A stretch of DNA of 64,000 nt, taken from an uncultured Clostridia bacterium (lineage in GTDB: Bacteria > Bacillota > Clostridia > TANB77 > CAG-508). The notes under the pieces were generated by a model that worked only from the letters and a program-made list of their open reading frames with translations, was not told the origin of the DNA and did not search any database. Location: assembly GCA_946529215.1 (NCBI GenBank), contig CAMMZC010000004.1:1618-65617 (forward strand), in the 5' to 3' direction. Below, piece by piece: positions 9,930 through 19,316 of the stretch. Numbering within the stretch: position 1 is the first letter of the stretch; each line of letters begins with the position of its first letter. A program made the translations under genes and the position numbers.

Positions 9930-10832
9930 ATGAATTTTATTAAAAAATGGTATACATATCAAAAGGAAAGATTTCCAGTATTAATGTATGGAATATATAT
10001 TTTTGCAATAGTATTTTCTACATATAGTTTTGTGAATTGGTTAAATAACTCATTGTCATATTCAAGTGTAATAATAAAACCATTTGAATTTAAATGGAAT
10101 ATTGTAGGAATAATGTTTATTGTTGCTTTTTTACAGTTTTTAATGGTACGAATTATAGATGAATTTAAAGATTATGAAGAAGACTGCAAATACAGACCAT
10201 ATAGACCAGTACCAAGAGGCTTAGTTACTTTAAAAGAATTAAGAGTGTTATTCATAATATGTGTAATTATACAATTTTCAATAACAGCGATTTTTTGTGC
10301 AAATGCAATACCATTTTTAATTGCAGTGTGGATATTTTTTGCTATTATGAGTAAAAGTTTTTTTATAAAGAAAATAGTAGAAAAACATATATTACTAGAG
10401 GTGGCATTAGATGAGATATTAATGCCAGTTTTAGTTGTATATTTATCTATTTTTCCACTAAAACAAATTGTAATTGATAAATACTTTTTCTTATTTTTAA
10501 TTATGACATATATAATTTCTTGGATAGTTGAAATAGCAAGAAAAGTAAGATGCAAAGAGGATGAAGAAAAAGGTGTAAAAACTTATACAGCAGTATTTGG
10601 AATTAAAAAAGCTACTCTACTTTTGAGTGCACTAGAAATAATTTTAGCATGTATTCAAGGTATAATATTAAAAAAATATACTATTTCAGTTATATGCTTA
10701 ATTTTGGCAGTTATTTTAATTAATATTGGATTTATAACAAAACAAAATAAAAAGTTTGCAAAACTTACAGAATTATCAGCAAATATGTATATTTTCCTTG
10801 TTTATTTTAGTATGGGATTATTATTAATTTAA
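9930..10832 (+). CDS. UbiA-family prenyltransferase-like integral membrane protein
   Basis: 300 aa with about 8 TM helices. DEFKDYEEDCKYRPYRPVPRGLVTLKELRVLF is very similar to the UbiA motif NDxxDxxxD...RPLPSGxVTxKEAxxLF. Its start overlaps the preceding stop (9927/9930). Confidence 0.55.
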   Translation: MNFIKKWYTYQKERFPVLMYGIYIFAIVFSTYSFVNWLNNSLSYSSVIIKPFEFKWNIVGIMFIVAFLQFLMVRIIDEFKDYEEDCKYRPYRPVPRGLVTLKELRVLFIICVIIQFSITAIFCANAIPFLIAVWIFFAIMSKSFFIKKIVEKHILLEVALDEILMPVLVVYLSIFPLKQIVIDKYFFLFLIMTYIISWIVEIARKVRCKEDEEKGVKTYTAVFGIKKATLLLSALEIILACIQGIILKKYTISVICLILAVILINIGFITKQNKKFAKLTELSANMYIFLVYFSMGLLLI

Positions 10833-10846
10833 GGAGAACGAAAGAT

Positions 10847-13800
10847 ATGAAATATGTATTAGAAAGTGATAGTAATAATTACGAACTTATGGGTGGAAAG
10901 GCAACAGCTTTGTCTAGAATTGGAAAAGTGTTAGATAATATTCCAGAATGGTTTGTTGTAGCATATACTGGATTTAATAAAGAAACCAGAGTTATTGATG
11001 ATGAGGCAAAAAAAGAAATAGAACAAAAGCTAAAAGAGTTTTCTGAAGGTGATTATTTTGCAGTTAGATCTTCAGCAGGAAATGAAGATTCTAGTGATAA
11101 CTCTTTTGCAGGACAATTTGACACGTTTTTGTATGTAAAAAAACAAGATGTAATTCAAAAAGTATGTGATGTATATTTATCAGCATTTTCTGATAGAATT
11201 GATACATATAGAAAAGAAAATAATATAGAAGAAATAATGATTCCATCTGTTATAGTACAGAGAATGGTAAATTCGGAAAAAGCTGGAGTTGCATTTGGAG
11301 CAAATCCAGTTAATTCTAATATAAAGGAAGTTGTGGTATCAGCAGTTTTTGGATTAGGAAGTGGGCTTGTAGATGGAATTGCAACTGCAGATACATATAA
11401 GATAGAAAACAATAAATTAAAAAAAGAAATTGTTTCAAAAGATTTTATGCATGTTTTAGATGGAAAAGATGTAATTCAAAAAGAGGTTAGCAAAGAGCAA
11501 AAAGATGTACAAGTATTAAGTGATAAACAAATTTTAGAAGTAAAAGATTTGGTAAAAAAAGCAAGTGAATTTTTTGGAAGATATCAAGATATTGAATGGG
11601 CTTATGAAGGAGAAAAACTATATTTACTGCAATCTAGACCTATTACTACTTTAACAAGTAGTAAAGAAGGAAAAATAAATGTATTTGATAATAGTAATAT
11701 AGTAGAAAGCTATGGAGGAATTACAACACCTTTAACTTTTTCTTTTATAAGAATGGTATATGAAAATGTTTATATAGAATTATGCAAAATATTTAATGTA
11801 AAACAAGAAAAAATCGAGATGAACTCTAGTATGTTCAAAAATATGCTTGCACTTATTGATGGAAGAGTTTATTACAATTTGTATGGATGGTATGGCTTAC
11901 TTTCTATGTTTCCAGGACTTGGAAGCAATAAAAAATTTATGGAACAAATGATGGGAGTAAAAGAATCTTTGCCAGATGATTTATTCCCTGTACCTCAAGC
12001 TACTTTTAAAGATAAAATAGGACTTGTAAATACAGGATGGGGGTTGGTAAAAGGCTTTTTAAAAATTAGAAAAATGACAGATAAGTTCTATGACAGACTA
12101 AATGATGCATTGGAAGATAAAGACATAAATAGTATGGATTTATACGAGTTACACGATTATTATTATGAGCTTGAAAAAAAGTTATTACATAAATGGGACG
12201 CACCACTTGTAAATGATTTTTTAGCTATGATTTTTTATGGACAATTAAAAGAACAATGTAAAGAACTTTTTCAAGAAGAAGGAAATATGGTACATAATGA
12301 CTTATTGTGTGATGAGGGTGGAATAATTAGTAGTGAGCCTGCAAAAAGAATTAAAGAAATGGCCAAAATCGCAAAAGATAATGATGAACTTATAAAACTT
12401 TTAGAAAATAAAGATTTTTTATATGTTCAAAAAGAGCTTCCAAAATATGAAGAATTCAATAAAATGCTTAATGAGTATTTAGATAAGTTTGCAGATAGGT
12501 GTTTAGAAGAACTTAAATTAGAAACGCTTACACTTAGAGATAATCCTTCAAGTTTATATTCATCAATTGCGACATTTGCAAAAAGAATAAAAGAAAAAGG
12601 ATTAGAAGAAATAGACGAGAAAAAGAATAGGGAGAATGCAGAAAAAAGAGTAAGAGAAAAATTAAGATTTAAATTTACAAAAAAAGCTAAATTTGATTTT
12701 ATTTTGAAACAAGCAAGATACACAGTAAAAAATAGAGAAAATCTTAGATTTGAAAGAACTAGACTTTTTGGAAGGGTAAGAGAGCTATTTTTAAGAATAG
12801 GTTTTATTCTAACTTCTATGAATGTAATTGAAGATAAAAGAGATATTTTCTATTTAGAAGTAGATGAAATATTATTTTATATAGATGGAAAATCTACTAC
12901 AAATAATTTAAAGGAATTAATAAGTATAAGAAAAGAACAATATTTGAAATATCAAAATATGAGCCCAGATGACAGATTTTATTCTTATGGAGCAGTTAAT
13001 ATTGGTAATACCTTTAAAAGAGAAAGTGATGTACAAGGTGATAAAAAAGCAAAATTAGAATTAAAAGGAATTGGAGCATCACCAGGAAAAGTAACAGGTA
13101 GAGTAAGAGTAATTAGAAATCCTGAGAATGCGAAATTAGAACAAGGAGAAATTTTAGTTGCAGAATTTACTGATCCTGGATGGATAATGCTATTTCCAGC
13201 TGCAAGTGGAATATTGGTTGAAAGAGGAAGTTTACTTTCACATTCAGCTATAGTTTCTAGAGAACTTGGAATACCAGCAGTTGTTGGAATAACAGGATTA
13301 ATAGATACTTTAAAAGATGGAGATATTGTTGAACTAGATGGAACTTCTGGAATAGTAAAAGTAAAAAATCAAGAAATAAGAAATTTAAGAGAATTATTGT
13401 ACAATTCTGCAAATGAATATGGAGATAATGTATTATATCCAGAAAACAATATTACATATAAAGAATTTAAAGAAAGAGTAACTTCATTAAGTGGTTATTT
13501 AGTAGATAAAGCATTTAAAAATATTGCTATTTTATCTGAAAATAGATATGAGTGGGAAATGACATTTTTTGCAATAGTTTGCTGTGGAAAAATTGTTATA
13601 CCAATAGATAAAAGTTTGCCTAAAAAAGAAATTGAAAATATTATAAATAGTGCAAAAATAGAAGCAGTATTTTGTTCTGGAAAATATGAAAATGAAGTAA
13701 AAGAGATTAAAGAAAGTAATCAATATTTAAAAAACATTATATCTTTTGATAGTAATGATTTTGCTAATTTAATTAATCAAGAACCAAGAGAACAAGATAG

Positions 13801-15112
13801 TATAGAAATAGAAGAAGATGATATTTGTGCAATCATATTTACTTCTGGAACAACAGAAAATCCTAAAGGTGTAATTCTAACTCATAGAAATATATGTTCT
13901 AATGTAGTAAATGTTTCAAAAGTATTTGAAATAACACAAAATGATAGATGCTTATCTGTAGTGCCACTAAATCACGTATTAGAAGGATTATTTTGCTTTT
14001 TACAATCTTTTTATAAAGGCGCACAAAGAGTATTTTGTAACGAATTAGATGAAATAATAAACTATATAAAAAAATACAAGATTACATTTATGGGAGCTGT
14101 TCCAGCAATTTATGAATATTTATATAAACAAAAAGAAGAATTAAAACAAGAAATAAATCATATAAATATGTTTATGAGTGGAGGAGCTAAATTACAAGAA
14201 AATCTTATTAAAGGATATGAAGAAATCGGAATACAATTAGTGCAAGGATATGGTTTAACAGAATGTTCTCCAGTTGTAAGTATAGAAAATAATACTAGTA
14301 GTAAAATGGGCTCGGTCGGAAAAGTAATACCAGGAGTAGAAGTGGTAATAAAAGATCAAGATGAAGAGGAAATAGGCAAAATTTTAGTAAAAGGAGAAAA
14401 TATAACAAAAGGCTATTTCGAAAATGTGGAAGATACTCAAAAAACAATAATTGACGGATGGCTACATACAGGTGATTTAGGTAAAATAGATGAAGAAGGA
14501 TACTTATTTATATGTGGAAGAAATAAAGATTTAATAGTACTTGAAAATGGTAAAAAGATTTTTCCAAGTGAGATAGAAGGTTTATTAAATAAAATAGAAA
14601 ATGTAAAAGAGTCACTTGTTTATGAAAAAGAAAATAAGTTATATGCAAAAATAATTTGCTCAAAAGATATTTTTGAAAATAAAGAAGAGAAAGAAATATA
14701 TCAATTTTTGAATGACGAGATTGAAAAGATAAATGAAAATCTTCCTCAGTTTAAGCGAATTAACGACATTGTTTTATCTACTGAAGAATTGGAGAAAACA
14801 GTAACAGGCAAAATAAAGAGAAACGCTGAATTAGATAAAATTTTTAAAGAAGAACCTATTGATAATAGTGAAAACAATGAAGCTACTTATTTTGGAAAAA
14901 TTAAGAGCATTTTAACAAAACAACTAGGAAATAAAGAAATAAATCTTGAGTCTGAATTATTAAGAGATTTAGGTGCAGATTCTTTAGATTTGGTAGAAAT
15001 ATTTCTTTCTTTAGAAAAAGAATTTAATATAAAAATTACAAAAGAACAAAGAATGAGTGTTAAAAAGGTTAGAGATATTTTGAATATATTACAAAATATC
15101 GAAAAACAATAA
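10847..15112 (+). CDS. Tri-module fusion protein: PEP-utilizing / rifampin-phosphotransferase-like (PPDK_N ATP-grasp plus phosphohistidine swivel domain), an acyl-AMP ligase (adenylation) domain, and an acyl carrier protein
   Basis: aa 1-330 carry PPDK_N motifs (GGKATALSRIG, FAVRSSAGNEDSSDNSFAGQFDTFLYV, QDIEWAYEGEKLYLLQSRPITTL). aa ~730-810 form a PEP-utilizers mobile domain with a catalytic His (GEILVAEFTDPGWIMLFPAASGILVERGSLLSHSAIVSRELGIPAVVG). aa ~870-1330 form an AMP-binding domain (IIFTSGTTENPKGVILTHRN, GYGLTECSP, GWLHTGDLGKIDEEGYLFICGRNKD, TVTGKIKR). The C-terminus is an ACP with a phosphopantetheine-attachment site (LGADSLDLVEIFLSLEKEF). Confidence 0.8.
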   Translation: MKYVLESDSNNYELMGGKATALSRIGKVLDNIPEWFVVAYTGFNKETRVIDDEAKKEIEQKLKEFSEGDYFAVRSSAGNEDSSDNSFAGQFDTFLYVKKQDVIQKVCDVYLSAFSDRIDTYRKENNIEEIMIPSVIVQRMVNSEKAGVAFGANPVNSNIKEVVVSAVFGLGSGLVDGIATADTYKIENNKLKKEIVSKDFMHVLDGKDVIQKEVSKEQKDVQVLSDKQILEVKDLVKKASEFFGRYQDIEWAYEGEKLYLLQSRPITTLTSSKEGKINVFDNSNIVESYGGITTPLTFSFIRMVYENVYIELCKIFNVKQEKIEMNSSMFKNMLALIDGRVYYNLYGWYGLLSMFPGLGSNKKFMEQMMGVKESLPDDLFPVPQATFKDKIGLVNTGWGLVKGFLKIRKMTDKFYDRLNDALEDKDINSMDLYELHDYYYELEKKLLHKWDAPLVNDFLAMIFYGQLKEQCKELFQEEGNMVHNDLLCDEGGIISSEPAKRIKEMAKIAKDNDELIKLLENKDFLYVQKELPKYEEFNKMLNEYLDKFADRCLEELKLETLTLRDNPSSLYSSIATFAKRIKEKGLEEIDEKKNRENAEKRVREKLRFKFTKKAKFDFILKQARYTVKNRENLRFERTRLFGRVRELFLRIGFILTSMNVIEDKRDIFYLEVDEILFYIDGKSTTNNLKELISIRKEQYLKYQNMSPDDRFYSYGAVNIGNTFKRESDVQGDKKAKLELKGIGASPGKVTGRVRVIRNPENAKLEQGEILVAEFTDPGWIMLFPAASGILVERGSLLSHSAIVSRELGIPAVVGITGLIDTLKDGDIVELDGTSGIVKVKNQEIRNLRELLYNSANEYGDNVLYPENNITYKEFKERVTSLSGYLVDKAFKNIAILSENRYEWEMTFFAIVCCGKIVIPIDKSLPKKEIENIINSAKIEAVFCSGKYENEVKEIKESNQYLKNIISFDSNDFANLINQEPREQDSIEIEEDDICAIIFTSGTTENPKGVILTHRNICSNVVNVSKVFEITQNDRCLSVVPLNHVLEGLFCFLQSFYKGAQRVFCNELDEIINYIKKYKITFMGAVPAIYEYLYKQKEELKQEINHINMFMSGGAKLQENLIKGYEEIGIQLVQGYGLTECSPVVSIENNTSSKMGSVGKVIPGVEVVIKDQDEEEIGKILVKGENITKGYFENVEDTQKTIIDGWLHTGDLGKIDEEGYLFICGRNKDLIVLENGKKIFPSEIEGLLNKIENVKESLVYEKENKLYAKIICSKDIFENKEEKEIYQFLNDEIEKINENLPQFKRINDIVLSTEELEKTVTGKIKRNAELDKIFKEEPIDNSENNEATYFGKIKSILTKQLGNKEINLESELLRDLGADSLDLVEIFLSLEKEFNIKITKEQRMSVKKVRDILNILQNIEKQ

Positions 15113-15119
15113 TTTAATA

Positions 15120-15148
15120 TTGACAAACAATAAATTTTATGATAAGAT
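15120..15148 (+). promoter_or_regulatory. Sigma-A-type promoter (TTGACA-N17-TAAGAT)
   Basis: ttgaca at 15120-15125, a 17-nt spacer, then taagat at 15143-15148. It lies upstream of the DUF2975-like gene. Confidence 0.4.
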
Positions 15149-15253
15149 ACTTCCATAATAAAAGTGGAGGTATTTTTATATTGCGCTAATATATGGGGAC
15201 CGATTTGTCGAGCAAGAAAATACCTTAAATAAAAAAGAAAGGATTTGATTATT

Positions 15254-15721
15254 ATGGAGTTAACAGGAAAAAAAGGAATAGGTAATTTATTAAAAATATT
15301 TTTACAAGTATGTTTTTATGTAGGAATATTGGTTTTAGTAGGATTACCATTTGTTTTAAATTTAATGGGACTAAACCTTAATGCATGTATGTTTGTCATA
15401 TATCCAAATGGAATTGTCTTATTAATTATAGCAAAAAAATTTATTAAATTATTTGATAGCTTGAAAAATAATGAACCATTTAGTGAAAAAAATGTAAAAA
15501 TCTTAAAAAGAGCAGGTATAGCAGCTTTAGTAGGCTCATTTTTGTGGCTATTAGATTTTCTTTATGAAGTTTTTCTTGCAAAATCAGAAACAATAGTATC
15601 TAATTTAGCACTAATATTTTTGTGCATATTATTTTTAGGAGTTGCAATTGCTTTATACATTTTATCAGAATTATTTAAACAAGCAACTGAGTACAAACAA
15701 GAAAATGAATTAACAATATAA
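15254..15721 (+). CDS. Small multi-TM membrane protein (DUF2975-like)
   Basis: About 155 aa with 4 hydrophobic helices. It is followed immediately by an XRE-type HTH gene, the usual DUF2975-XRE pair arrangement. ATG 15254 follows the RBS aaaggat. The track ORF starts at TTG 15245. Confidence 0.45.
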   Translation: MELTGKKGIGNLLKIFLQVCFYVGILVLVGLPFVLNLMGLNLNACMFVIYPNGIVLLIIAKKFIKLFDSLKNNEPFSEKNVKILKRAGIAALVGSFLWLLDFLYEVFLAKSETIVSNLALIFLCILFLGVAIALYILSELFKQATEYKQENELTI

Positions 15722-15760
15722 TTTGATAGAACAATTACACATAATGTGAAGGAGGAGACG

Positions 15761-15970
15761 ATGATAATAGTTAATTTAGATGTAATGATGGCAAAAAGAA
15801 AAATTTCATCTTATGAACTTGCAGAAAAAGTTGGAATAACCCCAGCCAATTTATCTATATTAAAAACTAATAAAGGAAAAGCTATAAGGTTTTCTACATT
15901 AGACAAAATATGCGAAGTTTTAGATTGCAAGCCGGGTGATATATTGGATTATGAAGAAGAAAATAATTAA
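15761..15970 (+). CDS. XRE/Cro-C1 family helix-turn-helix transcriptional regulator
   Basis: MIIVNLDVMMAKRKISSYELAEKVGITPANLSILKTNKGKAIRFSTLDKICEVLDCKPGDIL is a typical small HTH_XRE protein. ATG 15761 follows the RBS aggagg. The track ORF starts at GTG 15746, inside the RBS. Confidence 0.75.
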   Translation: MIIVNLDVMMAKRKISSYELAEKVGITPANLSILKTNKGKAIRFSTLDKICEVLDCKPGDILDYEEENN

Positions 15971-16051
15971 GTAGATTTTTTATAGGAATTATTATGAAAA
16001 TTCTAAAGTGGATTTGTAAAAAAGTATTCAATTGAAAGGGATGATGATAAA

Positions 16052-17527
16052 ATGACTGATATATTTTTAGGAGCAATAATTTTTGCTATATGGAGTGTAT
16101 CACTTTTTTATGGTAAAGCAATAGGTCTTTCTATGTTGCTGTATATAGTACCAATCACTTTATTTATACTTCATATTATAGAAAAAAGAAATAATGATAT
16201 TAATAAAAATGCAAAATTTTTAATGATACCAATTGTACTTTTATCAAGTACATATTTTATATATAACAATTTATTTTTTAATGGATTAAATACATTAATA
16301 ATACCTACATTAATTGTGTTAATGATTTTAGGATTATTTAAAGAAAAATTTGAGATAAATTTAAATATATTTGCAAAACTATTTAAAGTATTTTTTAAAC
16401 CATTTGATAATATTGGAGAAGCTTTAAAAAAATCAAGAAAGATTTTTAATCAAAAAGAAAATACAAATATTGATTTAGAAAAAAGAAAAAATGTAAAAAG
16501 AGTTATAAAAGCTTTAATAATAACAATACCTGTAGTATTTGTAATAGTTTGTCTTCTTTCAAGTGCAGATCAAATTTTTGGAAATGTATTTGGAAACATC
16601 ATAGACAATATTTTTGAATTAATTAGAGGAATTCAGTTTTCTACTGTAACAGAAATTACAATTCTTATAATATTTGCATTTTTCTATTTATTAGGATTTT
16701 TCTACTATATTTCTTCAAAATATGAAATAGATAATAAAGAAAAAATAGACAAGAAAAAAGATAGTTTTACAATAAAGATGATACTTGGAGCTTTAAATGT
16801 AATTTATCTAATATTCTGTTATATACAAATTAAATCCTTATTTATGAGACAAACAAATCTTAATTACGCAGAATATGCAAGACAAGGATTTTTTCAATTA
16901 ATGATAGTATCTTTAATAAATCTATATACTATATTGCTTGCAAAAAAAAGAGAAATGCAAGATGAGACTAAAAATAAATATATAAAAATAATGAGCTTAG
17001 CAATGGTGATATTTACATTTATTATACTAATTTCTGCAGCATATAGAATGTACCTTTATGAAAGTGCTTATGGTTATACATTTTTAAGGCTTTTGGTATA
17101 TTGCATATTATTTACAGAAGCGGTTATGCTAATTCCAACAATTTTGTATATTATAAACAAAAAGATAAATCTTCCAATTGTTTATTTTTCAATAGTTATA
17201 AGTGTATATATATGTATGAATTTTGCGAATTTTGAAAATATAATTGCAAAAAGAAATGTAGATAGATATCTTCAAACAGGAAAAATAGATTTGCTTTATT
17301 TGGAAATGGATACAGGAACAGATGCAATTAAACAAATTGTGAGAATATTAGATGCAAATGAAAATGAAGTAGGAATAAAGCCAGAGACTAGAAGATATTT
17401 ACAGGAAATGTATTTAGATTTAGAATCAGAAGAAATGGATATTAGAGATTTCAATCTTTCTAAAATATTGGCTAAGAAAAAGATAAGTGAGAGATTGGAA
17501 GAAATAGGGGGATTAATGGATTATTAA
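16052..17527 (+). CDS. Polytopic integral membrane protein, function unknown
   Basis: 491 aa with at least 10 hydrophobic segments and no recognisable catalytic motif. Confidence 0.55.
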   Translation: MTDIFLGAIIFAIWSVSLFYGKAIGLSMLLYIVPITLFILHIIEKRNNDINKNAKFLMIPIVLLSSTYFIYNNLFFNGLNTLIIPTLIVLMILGLFKEKFEINLNIFAKLFKVFFKPFDNIGEALKKSRKIFNQKENTNIDLEKRKNVKRVIKALIITIPVVFVIVCLLSSADQIFGNVFGNIIDNIFELIRGIQFSTVTEITILIIFAFFYLLGFFYYISSKYEIDNKEKIDKKKDSFTIKMILGALNVIYLIFCYIQIKSLFMRQTNLNYAEYARQGFFQLMIVSLINLYTILLAKKREMQDETKNKYIKIMSLAMVIFTFIILISAAYRMYLYESAYGYTFLRLLVYCILFTEAVMLIPTILYIINKKINLPIVYFSIVISVYICMNFANFENIIAKRNVDRYLQTGKIDLLYLEMDTGTDAIKQIVRILDANENEVGIKPETRRYLQEMYLDLESEEMDIRDFNLSKILAKKKISERLEEIGGLMDY

Positions 17528-17658
17528 AGAGAAAAAGTGTAGACATATTTGATAATATATTGTATAATATATTATATAAGAATAAAGATTGGAAAATAAT
17601 TAAGAAATAAATTATTCTAATTATATTTATGTTTTAGAAGAAAAGGAATGTAATAAAA

Positions 17659-18543
17659 ATGGATAAAAATCAAATTATTGAATTTCTTGGAAGTGAAGAA
17701 ATATATGAAAAGTATAGAAAGCTTGTAATTGATGAACTTAAAAAACAAATAGAACTTTTAGGGCTTACTACTCATTTTGAAGGGACAAATGTATATGAAC
17801 AATTTGCGGATTTTTATATACAAGGCTGGTTATATTCAAATCAGAGAGCTGTAGATAAAATATGTGAATTGAAGAATAAAAATTTTAGTCAAGAAGAAAT
17901 AAAAGAATATATAAATAAAAATCCAATTATACCAGATGATATACAAAGAATAATAAGTGAAGAATTTATGTATATATTTGACGATAAAGACATATCTACA
18001 GAAAAAAAACAAAAAAAAGAAGATTATTTTAAAAATCCAGAATTGTTATCTGAAGAAGAGGCATTAAATTTAATGAAAAAAGATAACCAAGAGGAAGTAT
18101 TTAAAACAATGGAATTCTTTAATTTACAAAGCTTTAAAGATGAATTAAATTTACAAAAAAGACATTTTTTAAATATTAACTCAGATCCAAAAAATGTAGG
18201 ATTTGGTAGAAAAGGAATAAAAAGTGTAATAAGGGAAAATACAGGATCTAAGCCATCGATGAGAGAGCTACCTGAAAATGAAGAATATGATTATGATGTA
18301 AATTCAGATCAAATTTTTATAATAGGTTTTCCAAAAGGATATCCTTATGTTTATGCATATATTCCTAATAAAGAATACCCAAAAGGAACATTACGTAGCA
18401 CATTAATTCAAAATGAAATAGATTCTAAATGTACTGATGAGTTAGAAAGTTTATATAAAAAATATCAAGGAAAAGTAGATTTTGGTGGTATATATAGACA
18501 AGTTATGGAAAGAGTTAATATTAATGGAATGGGAAAAGAATAG
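17659..18543 (+). CDS. Hypothetical cytoplasmic protein
   Basis: 294-aa ORF with the RBS aaaggaatg upstream. No family recognised. Confidence 0.5.
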   Translation: MDKNQIIEFLGSEEIYEKYRKLVIDELKKQIELLGLTTHFEGTNVYEQFADFYIQGWLYSNQRAVDKICELKNKNFSQEEIKEYINKNPIIPDDIQRIISEEFMYIFDDKDISTEKKQKKEDYFKNPELLSEEEALNLMKKDNQEEVFKTMEFFNLQSFKDELNLQKRHFLNINSDPKNVGFGRKGIKSVIRENTGSKPSMRELPENEEYDYDVNSDQIFIIGFPKGYPYVYAYIPNKEYPKGTLRSTLIQNEIDSKCTDELESLYKKYQGKVDFGGIYRQVMERVNINGMGKE

Positions 18544-18567
18544 ATAAAATGAAAGGATATTAAAATA

Positions 18568-19014
18568 ATGACATATGAACAAGTATTAAGAGAAGTAGAC
18601 TATATAATACAGAATATGCCTATTGAAATTCAGAATAAAATACCAAATGATTTTAAAGGTGCTATAACGAATAATATGGATATAAATTATATTCCAAAAC
18701 CTTTTAATGGGGCAAAATCATTAGATGAACAAAATATTTCTGAAGAAACAAAAAAAATATTAGCATTAATTTATAGAAACTATATAGTTTCAAATGAAGA
18801 AAGAAAAAAGTTACTTATTGAAGAAGATAAGATTTTAAAAAAATCTGAAGATGAAAAGAAAGAAAAATTTAATACAAAAGATATATTTAATAATACAAAG
18901 AATTTTCAAAATATTAATCAAAATGAAGGTGAATCAAAAATAATAGAATTTAAAAATGAAAAATGGTATAAAAAATTTTTTGAAAAAATATTTAGTTTTT
19001 TAACTAAAAAATAG
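18568..19014 (+). CDS. Hypothetical Lys/Glu-rich protein
   Basis: 148-aa ORF starting 24 nt after the previous gene. No family recognised. Confidence 0.45.
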   Translation: MTYEQVLREVDYIIQNMPIEIQNKIPNDFKGAITNNMDINYIPKPFNGAKSLDEQNISEETKKILALIYRNYIVSNEERKKLLIEEDKILKKSEDEKKEKFNTKDIFNNTKNFQNINQNEGESKIIEFKNEKWYKKFFEKIFSFLTKK

Positions 19015-19033
19015 AAGAATATAAAAATAATAT

Positions 19034-19062
19034 TTGCATATAATAAAAATTTATATTATAAT
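19034..19062 (+). promoter_or_regulatory. Near-consensus sigma-A promoter (TTGCAT-N17-TATAAT) with no obvious coding target
   Basis: ttgcat at 19034-39, a 17-nt spacer, tataat at 19057-62. Downstream is a GC-rich structured ~60-nt segment (ggcggcagaagtcttcggacgatgcc, with a UUCG tetraloop hairpin) and then a T9 run. Confidence 0.4.
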
Positions 19063-19133
19063 ATATAAGGATGGCGGCAGAAGTCTTCGGACGATGCCTA
19101 GGGGAAGTAGATAATATGTCTATTTCTTTTTTT

Positions 19134-19172
19134 TTGTTGTATAGGAAAAATCGAATTTTTCCTATACAACAA
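19134..19172. terminator. Perfect 16-bp-stem hairpin flanked by a T-run and an A-run (bidirectional terminator-like element)
   Basis: ttttttttt-gttgtataggaaaaatcg-a-atttttcctatacaac-aaaag. A second hairpin (gaaattttc-taac-gaaaatttc) and the palindrome ttcgcgcgcgaa follow at 19185-19215. Confidence 0.5.
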
Positions 19173-19316
19173 AAGCTTTGCACAGAAATTTTCTAACGAA
19201 AATTTCGCGCGCGAACAAAGACAGAGCGTGTAAATAATTTAAAGACAATAAAAATTTAATCACGCTCCTTTTGTTCTACATAATAATAGTCAAATCATAA
19301 AAAATCTAATTAATTA

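Noticed and set aside
19071-19196. A 41-codon ORF (MAAEVFGRCLGEVDNMSISFFLL...) downstream of the orphan promoter at 19034.
   Set aside because: The ATG is immediately abutted by AAGG with no spacer. The ORF reads straight through the U-run and the perfect hairpin, so it is more likely non-coding structure than a peptide gene.
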